DNA of 63,673 nt, filler included, from Salisapilia sapeloensis CBS 127946 (lineage: Eukaryota > Protista > Oomycota), in NCBI GenBank assembly GCA_023334545.1. It is 7 parts of 7 records of this genome, joined end to end, with 100 filler letters (N's around TTAATTAATTAA, not from the genome) between each part and the next. Parts side by side here need not be neighbours in the genome. Positions count along the whole stretch, not along the records: positions 56,538 to 59,366 come from JAADVB010000833.1; positions 59,467 to 61,554 come from JAADVB010000963.1; positions 61,655 to 63,673 come from JAADVB010000984.1; 4 more parts are not named here. One strand, given 5' to 3'. The notes beneath the pieces are model-generated. The model saw nothing but the letters and a program-made list of their open reading frames with translations. It was not told the DNA's origin and did no database searches. Position numbers and translations under genes: made by a program. Numbering within the stretch: the stretch's first letter is position 1; each line of letters opens with the position of its first letter. This document shows, in pieces, positions 56,538-63,673 of this stretch.

Positions 56538-57818
56538 GCCAGAAACCATCTTCTGGTTGCCCTCCTTGATGTTTGACTCCAACATCACGCCGATGATGCG
56601 GTCGTCACCGTCACGCAGCTGCTGGGCAATGGCCTCGGCCACCACTGGCTGGTTCTTGTGGTCTTTGCGGGAGTTACCATGGGAGCAGTCGATCATAACA
56701 TTGTCGTATAGCTTCTCCTTGAGCATACGTGCGGACACGTCGTCAATGTACTCCTTCTCGTAGTTCGGGCCCGTCTTGCCGCCACGGAGAATCGTGTGAG
56801 CAGTATCATTTCCTTTTGTGGTGACGATAGAAGCGAGGCCCTGGGAGCTGACACTCAGGAAGCAGTGGGGGCTGTTTGCGGAAACAACGGCGTCGACGGC
56901 CAACTGCAGGTCGCCTCCAGTACCGTTCTTGAAACCAATCGGCATGGACAGACCAGACGTGAGCTCACGGTGGAGCTGGCACTCGGTCGTTCGAGCACCA
57001 ATGGCACCCCAACTGACAAGATCCGAGAGGAACTGCGGGGACATAGTGTCGAGGAACTCGCATCCGGCAGGCATACCCATCTCGTTCAACTGCGCAAGAA
57101 GCTCACGTCCGGTGCGGAGACCCTTGTTAATGTTGAAAGACCCATCAAGGTCCGGATCGTTGATCAGACCCTTCCAGCCAACGGTTGTACGAGGCTTCTC
57201 GAAGTACACACGCATGACAATCAATAGGTCTTGCTCTAATTCCTTACGGATAGTAAGCAGCCTCTTGGCATAATCAATGGCAGCATCCACGTCATGGATG
57301 GAGCACGGGCCAACGACAACGATCTACATGATAACGATCAGTAAGACGGTAGGAAATGGCTATACAATAGTTGACATACCAAGCGGTCGTCGACACGACG
57401 GAGGACGCTTCCAATGCTCTGACGGCCTTGGTACACCTATGGGCGGTCTATGATTCGTATCTTTGCTTTAAGACGGTAAAGATAGCTTTCGTACTGTTTG
57501 AGCCATGGCGGCGGTGAGTGGGATTTCTTCTTGAAGGATGATGGGAGGAATGAGCGGACGGAGGCCAGCAATGCGGACATCGACGATGGATTGGCGGTCC
57601 GTCGTACGCACGTCTTCGCCGGTGGATCCGCTCGGAATGCGATCACGACGTCTCGTATCAAAGTCGTCTTCACGGGATCTAGAAGATTGGTCGTTGCGAG
57701 AGCCGAGGATGTAGCCCAGCAAACCCATGCTGCCAGCAGTTAGCAACGTCATCGTTGCAGCTAGGACACCGAGGCCGATGGTCGTCGAGAGCGGAGCATC
57801 CGCATTCCTGGTCGACAT
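56538..57818 (-). CDS. Class I-alpha DAHP synthase (AroF/G/H type), copy 1, N-terminal TM, two introns (57437-57494, 57324-57379), 3' end in the gap
   Basis: GPCSIHD, RVYFEKPRTTVGWKG, IGARTTE, FKNGT, DCSHGNS. Confidence 0.93.
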
Positions 57819-58193
57819 GGTTGTTTTCGTAGTAGTGGTTCGTCTCCGGTGGTTGCTTGGTCTTGCGCAAACATACGATTTTCCAGTAAAATTCCTTCAT
57901 ACAAAAACGCCTATAATTTTGTAGTAGAACAGCTATAACGCTTGCTGAATAGATCACATAAAACCTATTTACTCATTTGAACGAATGAAAGCGAACTATT
58001 TGTACTTTTAGCCAATACATGGTCGTTGTCACATTGAGACAAATCCGCCGACCAACGGATAATTCCTGTGGCTTTTGGAACTGAAGCTAGGCACATCCAG
58101 TGGCTTACTCAACTTCGACGACACCAAGCAAACGCAGTCGAACTAATCACTTTAGCTTCTACCGTCTGCAGTTCGAACACGTCAAAAGCGACG

Positions 58194-59366
58194 ATGATGA
58201 ACGAAACCTCGAATACGACGACAATTACCATCAGCGTCATTGCCGCGACCATGACGCTCTTGACTGCTGGAAGTGTCGGTGCACTCGGCTACTTCTTGGG
58301 TCAAGCCAGCAACGGGTATGAAGACTTCTACTCGCGTGCTGCCAAGCGCAAGCCACTCATTGGTGGTGAACGACGCACGCGCGCTCCGAGTGGTTCGGCT
58401 GCCGACGACATGCGCAAGGATCGCAGGTCTATCGTTGACGTCCGCATCGCCGGACTGCGTCCATTGATTCCGCCGGTCATTCTCCAGGAAGAGATTCCAA
58501 TCAATGCTGCCATGGCACAGACTGTCTCCATGGGTCGTCAGAGCATGAGCAACATCTTGCGTCGTGTCGATGACCGTCTTGCAGTCATCGTTGGCCCGTG
58601 CTCCATCCACGACGTCGGTGCTGCCATTGACTACTGCCAGCGATTGCTCACCATCCGTAAGGAATTGGAAGATGACCTCCTCATCATCATGCGTGTCTAC
58701 TTCGAGAAGCCGCGTACCACTGTTGGCTGGAAGGGTCTGATCAACGACCCGGACCTCGACGACTCGTTCAACATTAACAAAGGTCTCCGCACCGCTCGTG
58801 AACTGTTGGCGCAGTTGAACGAGATGGGCATGCCTGCTGGATGCGAGTTCCTCGACACGACTTCGCCTCAATTTATCTCTGACCTCGTTAGCTGGGGTGC
58901 CATTGGTGCTCGTACGTCCGAGTGCCAGCTCCACCGTGAGCTCACGTCTGGTTTGTCCATGCCGATTGGTTTCAAGAACGGTACTGGAGGCGACCTGCAG
59001 TTGGCCGTCGACGCCGTTGTCGCTGCAAACAACTCCCACTGCTTCCTCGGTGTTTCGTCCCAAGGTCTCGCTGCCATTGCCACTACTACTGGCAACGACA
59101 CCTGCCACACGATTCTCCGTGGCGGCAAGACGGGCCCGAACTACGAGAAGGAGTACATTGACGACGTGTCCGCACGTATGCTCAAGGAGAAGCTGTACGA
59201 CAACGTGATGTTGGACTGCTCCCACGGTAACTCCCGCAAAGACCACAAGAACCAGCCAGTGGTGGCCGAGGCCATTGCCCAGCAGCTGCGTGACGGTGAC
59301 GACCGCATCATCGGCGTGATGTTGGAGTCAAACATCAAGGAGGGCAACCAGAAGATGGTTTCTGGC
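58194..59366 (+). CDS. Class I-alpha DAHP synthase, copy 2, N-terminal TM, intronless in the visible part, 3' end in the gap
   Basis: Same motifs as copy 1 (IGARTSE variant). An Inr-like TCACTTT at 58147-58153 supports ATG 58194/58197 over the TTG/GTG-extended ORF start. Confidence 0.95.
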
Positions 59367-59466
59367 NNNNNNNNNNNNNNNNNNNNNNNNNNNNNNNNNN
59401 NNNNNNNNNNTTAATTAATTAANNNNNNNNNNNNNNNNNNNNNNNNNNNNNNNNNNNNNNNNNNNN
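59367..59466. other. Artificial 100-nt contig spacer
   Basis: N44-TTAATTAATTAA-N44. Confidence 0.97.
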
Positions 59467-60017
59467 TCTCATTTTTCGGCTCTACTGATCTTATTTACAA
59501 AATAAAACAAACCACCTCCGGAGGTGCTTCATCTTGTTTGAAGGCTGACTGATTCATGAGTTCTCGAAATAAAACTTCTGAGATTTTTAGGAGTTATGTC
59601 CGATTATGTGGCAATCAGACAACTCATTATATTTTGCGATTTTGACAGGTTTGACACCCCCTGTTATAAACCTATTCATTTCTTTTTTAAATTCTTTCAT
59701 GACACCGCGCTGCTTTATCAATCGACCCATCTGAAGTGGATTTTATTTGGTTGCCCTCAGAGGAATATTTGCCATCTCTGTTGAATCATCCAGTGGTAAT
59801 CTCATTTCCCATTTCGACTTTCCAAGCCCAAGTTTCCATTAACTGTAAATCTATTTCTTACCAAAAGGATTGGCTATGACTACGCTTACAAATACGAACG
59901 AAAAGCTGTGAGAGTACGCAAAAGCTGAGAATCAAGTAGGCGTTCGCAAGATACTTTAAGAAGGTGGTGACGTGGACTAGAAGGATGAAGAAATCGACTT
60001 TGGGGTGACCACTAATA

Positions 60018-60853
60018 GTGGCACCGTCCTGGAGTCACATCAAAGTCATCGAGGCTTTATTAAATTATGAAGCGGACGTACATAAGCAGAGTAGGATAGG
60101 TCATATTCCACTTCATTTTGCTACCGACAGAAGACGAGTGGAGGCGTTAAATGTTCGGATAGAAAATGGTGTGGTTGTTCATAAGCAGGATATAAATGGG
60201 AATTTTACACTTCATTGGACTACCAAAAGTGGAAAATTACAGACCATGAGTATGCTACTGCAAAGTGGTACAGACGATAATAAGCACAATGAAGATGGTC
60301 GTACTCCACTTCATATCGCTCTTGTAAAGAGTGATTGGGACACCATGAAGCTTTTGGCCGACTGGGGGTAAATCTGAATGTAAGAGATAAAGATGGATGT
60401 AAGTTTAGTTCATTTGCATCAAGGTAATGTGCAGTCATGTGAAAGCCTTACGCGAGCTACATACAAATATAAAGAAGATATCATCCAAGGCTTCTTGGGT
60501 CGATCGGTCGTTCATACCTAATGGGCTAAGTGATTTCAAATGACGAACGCGTGAAAAACGAGATGGAGATTCTTATTGAGGGCAAGTGGAAACGTACGCT
60601 TGCTTTTGTCCTGCATCATCACAAGATCAAGATGCTGCATTTTGCTTTTCAGACAGACGATACAGATGCGAGCGATGACATCATTGACTGGATTAGCAGC
60701 AAGAAATGGGTTAAAGCAGCCACGTATTTGCATAGCTCGACTTTAATGCAGCATGATGGAATATCCGAAGACCTAGCAGCAGAGGGCGCATGCTATGATA
60801 CGACTTTGACATTTACACAAGCACCAACGACGGAAGGTCGGAGTCGAAAGTAG
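60018..60853 (+). pseudogene. Degenerate ankyrin-repeat gene
   Basis: GHIPLHFA, GNFTLHW and GRTPLHIA repeats. TAA at 60369-60371 follows a G5 run; one more G would read GVNLNVRDKDG (ankyrin consensus). No ATG start and further stops downstream. Confidence 0.6.
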
Positions 60854-61554
60854 TCGACATTGAAAAGCCAAGGAAGAAAACACGACACACAACTATGGAG
60901 ATCCTGAATCCCGAGAAAATAGAGCACGCTAAGAATATGGTCTTGAGCTAGGACGTTTAGGCAGTACGGAGCTAATCAATCTACTTTGCACCCATTTTCC
61001 CAGTGTCCCTGTATTGCGTTCGTCTTATTTTATACTTTTATCACTAAAATCAGTAGAAGGATCGACAGCATCAATTCGAAGAGATTTGGATGTACCAGTT
61101 TGTCGATGCTTCGTCTATGAAGACCACGGCCACCAGCTATTCCGCAAGACAGTTTTAATTTTCAAACTACACAAATATGGGTGGTAAGTTTTTTATGATG
61201 TTAAATGTTCACTCTGACACTCGCTAGTCGCTTACCGTCCTACTTGACCAGTCTTCCTAGAGCATGCTTCTCATGAATTCGAACTGGTGCATACTGGTCT
61301 GCCGATCTTCGTGTGCTCAATCTAGCGACTGCGATTACTAGCTGCAGATTTGATCTCTATACTCTGCCTTTGTGGGGAGCCAAAGGGGTATATTGCTAAT
61401 TTTTGCTGGTACAATTTTGCATCAGCGGCCAACAGTTGTCTGCTTTACCATACATTGGCTCTGCAGTGGTCCATGAGGAGATCTGAAGGGTGTCTACTTA
61501 TATTCACCATATCCGAGTTTGTACAACTAACTTGTCAGAATACTCTTCGTGCCA

Positions 61555-61654
61555 NNNNNNNNNNNNNNNNNNNNNNNNNNNNNNNNNNNNNNNNNNNNTT
61601 AATTAATTAANNNNNNNNNNNNNNNNNNNNNNNNNNNNNNNNNNNNNNNNNNNN
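61555..61654. other. Artificial 100-nt contig spacer
   Basis: N44-TTAATTAATTAA-N44. Confidence 0.97.
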
Positions 61655-61842
61655 CTTTGTGCACTCGTTCGGTCTCAGCAGAGACATGGCTACTTGCTTA
61701 TCCACCTGCCTTCGGTGATGTCCGACTTAATTTTAGAAAATTCTGCCATGATCGAGATAGAAGATACTTTCGCTTCGCTCTCCTTTTTCTCTTCTCCATT
61801 TCTACTTTCGCAAGCTACAAACGAGACGAACCGATTAGAAAC

Positions 61843-62892
61843 ATGACTGCACTACGATGGGGATTCCTGAGCGTCGGTCGCATCACGAGCGACTTTGTGA
61901 ACGCCATGAAGAACATGCCCAAGGACGACGCCGTGCTCCAGGCCTGTGCTGCCCGTAGTCTGGAGCGCTCTCAGGACTTTGCCAAGACGCACGGTATCAC
62001 CAGCGCCTATGGGTCCTACGAGGAGCTGTGCAAGGACCCGAACGTGGACATCGTCTACGTTGGCACGCTGAACACCACGCACCATGAGCACGCGCTGATG
62101 GCGCTCAACCACGGCAAGCACGTCTTGGTGGAGAAGCCAATCGCCCTGAACGCTCGCCAGGCAAAGGAGATGATCTCCGTGGCGCGCCAGAAGAACCTCT
62201 TCTTCATGGAAGGCGAGTGGACGCGCTTCTTCCCTGCCATCCGACATGTCCGCAAGCTCCTCAGCGACGGCGCCATCGGCGACGTCCACCACGTCCAGGT
62301 GAGCAGAGGAGAAGCGATGCCGACGGACAACGAGCGCATCTGGAACCGTCGACAGGGCGGCGGTGGCTGTCTCGACCTCGGTATCTACGTGCTCACTATG
62401 ATTTCCATGGTCTTTGGACCGCACCCGAACAAGGTGACTGCTATTGGTGAGCTGACGGAGGGCGGGGTGGACGCCTACGCGTCGCTCACTCTGCAGTACC
62501 CGGATGGTAAGTTCGCGAGCGGCCAGTACACTTGCAAGGCCAACTTGCCGCAAGTGGCGGAGATCACTGGCAGCAAAGGTCGGATCCACATCCATCACCC
62601 GTACTACGTGGCATCGGACATTACGCTGGAGCAGGTGCAGCCGGATGGGTCTGTCAAGAAGTCTACTCCCGAGTTCCCGATCAAGGAGGAAGCGAAGACG
62701 TCGACCGGCATGAACCATCCTCGGTCGGAAGGATTTATTTATGAGATTCAAGCAGTGACCCAAGCGATCCGAGAAGGCAAGACGGAGATCGAAGAGGTTT
62801 CCCACGCCGAAACGTTGGCCATCGTCAATCTTCTGGACCAAGTGCGCAGTCAGCTCGGCGTCGTCTACGACGAAGATTTAATCCAGGCGTAA
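61843..62892 (+). CDS. Gfo/Idh/MocA oxidoreductase, DHDH-like (dihydrodiol / D-xylose 1-dehydrogenase type)
   Basis: LRWGFLSVGRI, AYGSYEELCKDPNVDIVYVG, GKHVLVEKP, WTRFFP, GGGCLDLGIY; intronless, strong GC3. Confidence 0.9.
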   Translation: MTALRWGFLSVGRITSDFVNAMKNMPKDDAVLQACAARSLERSQDFAKTHGITSAYGSYEELCKDPNVDIVYVGTLNTTHHEHALMALNHGKHVLVEKPIALNARQAKEMISVARQKNLFFMEGEWTRFFPAIRHVRKLLSDGAIGDVHHVQVSRGEAMPTDNERIWNRRQGGGGCLDLGIYVLTMISMVFGPHPNKVTAIGELTEGGVDAYASLTLQYPDGKFASGQYTCKANLPQVAEITGSKGRIHIHHPYYVASDITLEQVQPDGSVKKSTPEFPIKEEAKTSTGMNHPRSEGFIYEIQAVTQAIREGKTEIEEVSHAETLAIVNLLDQVRSQLGVVYDEDLIQA

Positions 62893-63178
62893 TGCCTTGG
62901 AAGGATCGAATAAAGTTGCATGAAGTCAATACCTTTTGTCCATCGTACTCTGCTTGTGAAGATTGAACGACTCGATGCATGTAGAGGTTTCATCCTTAGT
63001 CTAGAACAAAACAACCGACGTACGCTACGAAAGAAGACTTCATTACCATCCAACTTAGTCCTCTCTACATCCAACTCGCTTGCCGATCCGGAGAAGTAGA
63101 AACCAAAGTATGCATTGCGACTGTCGGCAGAGGCGTAAACGCAGTCTTTCACTCTCATCCAGGCTCTTCCGTTGCATC

Positions 63179-63673
63179 TTACGCTGCTGGTGCCACTTCT
63201 GTGCGGCACGCCGGACATAGGAGCTTTCGGTCTTCACCAAGCTGGTCTTCCATCGATGTAAAACAAGAACGATGCAGTTCATGACTACACGGCACCAACG
63301 CCACGGTTTCTTCAGACAGCAAGTCCTTTTGGCAAATTGGACAGTTGGTTTCGTGGATCGGCTTGGTCAATGCCAAACCAGCACGCGTGCTCAGCGACGC
63401 TGAAATCGTATGGAAGGTGGACTTGAGTTCGGATCCTGTCAACGTCGAAAAGTACTGCCCACCAAGCTTTTCAGCCAGGGAACGTAACATAGCCAAGTTG
63501 ACACGTCCGTAGCCAACCACAAAGGACTGCAGTCCATAAACGTTGTAAGTGCTTTCGATATGAGCTGCGAGACTTTCGCCATCGATCGGGTCGCGAGGTT
63601 CTCCGTCGGAGAAGAACACCACAACTGGTTTGTACGACTCAAAGTCAATTCTCGAGATGACTTCGTTTGCCGA
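63179..63673 (-). CDS. VWA domain + C-terminal RING-H2 protein, 3' part (continues beyond the window end)
   Basis: VVFFSDGEP...FVVGYG...LAEKLGGQY (VWA C-terminal half); CPIC...PCSHELHRSC...CPAC (RING-H2). Confidence 0.8.
   Translation of the reverse strand, partial: SANEVISRIDFESYKPVVVFFSDGEPRDPIDGESLAAHIESTYNVYGLQSFVVGYGRVNLAMLRSLAEKLGGQYFSTLTGSELKSTFHTISASLSTRAGLALTKPIHETNCPICQKDLLSEETVALVPCSHELHRSCFTSMEDQLGEDRKLLCPACRTEVAPAA

Noticed and set aside
52104-59366. A bona fide phenazine biosynthesis operon
   Set aside because: No PhzD/E/G/A/B homologs; the DAHP synthases are class I rather than PhzC-type class II; the genes are separated by artificial gaps. Kept only as a low-score hypothesis.
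59513-59526. Perfect 14-bp palindrome CACCTCCGGAGGTG
   Set aside because: About 4 such palindromes are expected by chance in 63 kb; no supporting context.
61852-62841. 329-aa antisense ORF (also 58182-59246, 52671-53345, 13538-13861, 55490-55879, 41495-42192)
   Set aside because: Shadow frames of well-supported genes on the opposite strand, where high GC3 suppresses antisense stops; no motifs.
1-63673. rRNA, tRNA, CRISPR arrays, RxLR effectors
   Set aside because: None recognised by eye; small ncRNAs cannot be excluded without a covariance-model search.

Overview
Gene-dense eukaryotic DNA, most likely from an oomycete or a related stramenopile. Support: 50-60 nt GT-AG introns, Inr+FPR core-promoter motifs, and oomycete-type families (FYVE-GAF, GT71 with a Cys-rich stem, CX4C...HGG repeat protein). 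The window is seven contigs joined by identical artificial 100-nt spacers (N44-TTAATTAATTAA-N44), so adjacency across gaps is not evidence of linkage. About 35 protein-coding loci were reconstructed by hand, many spliced and missed or fragmented in the ORF track. They include XPO5, YKT6, an AMPK/SNF1-like kinase, RPN12, xylose isomerase, a subtilase, RMD1-like, GT71 x2, MATE, JMJD7, MFS x2, a four-domain channel, GNAT-PhzF, FabD/MCAT, DAHP synthase x2, DHDH-like and VWA-RING. No rRNA, tRNA or CRISPR array was recognised. Best leads: (1) a 5-exon gene resembling the animal torsin activators LAP1/LULL1, a nucleotide-dead AAA+-like domain with a candidate arginine finger; (2) a NALCN/Cch1-type channel with an apparent D/D/K/D filter; (3) three consecutive contigs each bounded by an inverted gene duplicate, identical for exactly 141 nt at the contig ends; (4) a GNAT-PhzF fusion; (5) a head-to-head pair of membrane-anchored DAHP synthases differing by two introns. 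All family assignments come from motif recognition and remembered reference sequences; no database search was run.
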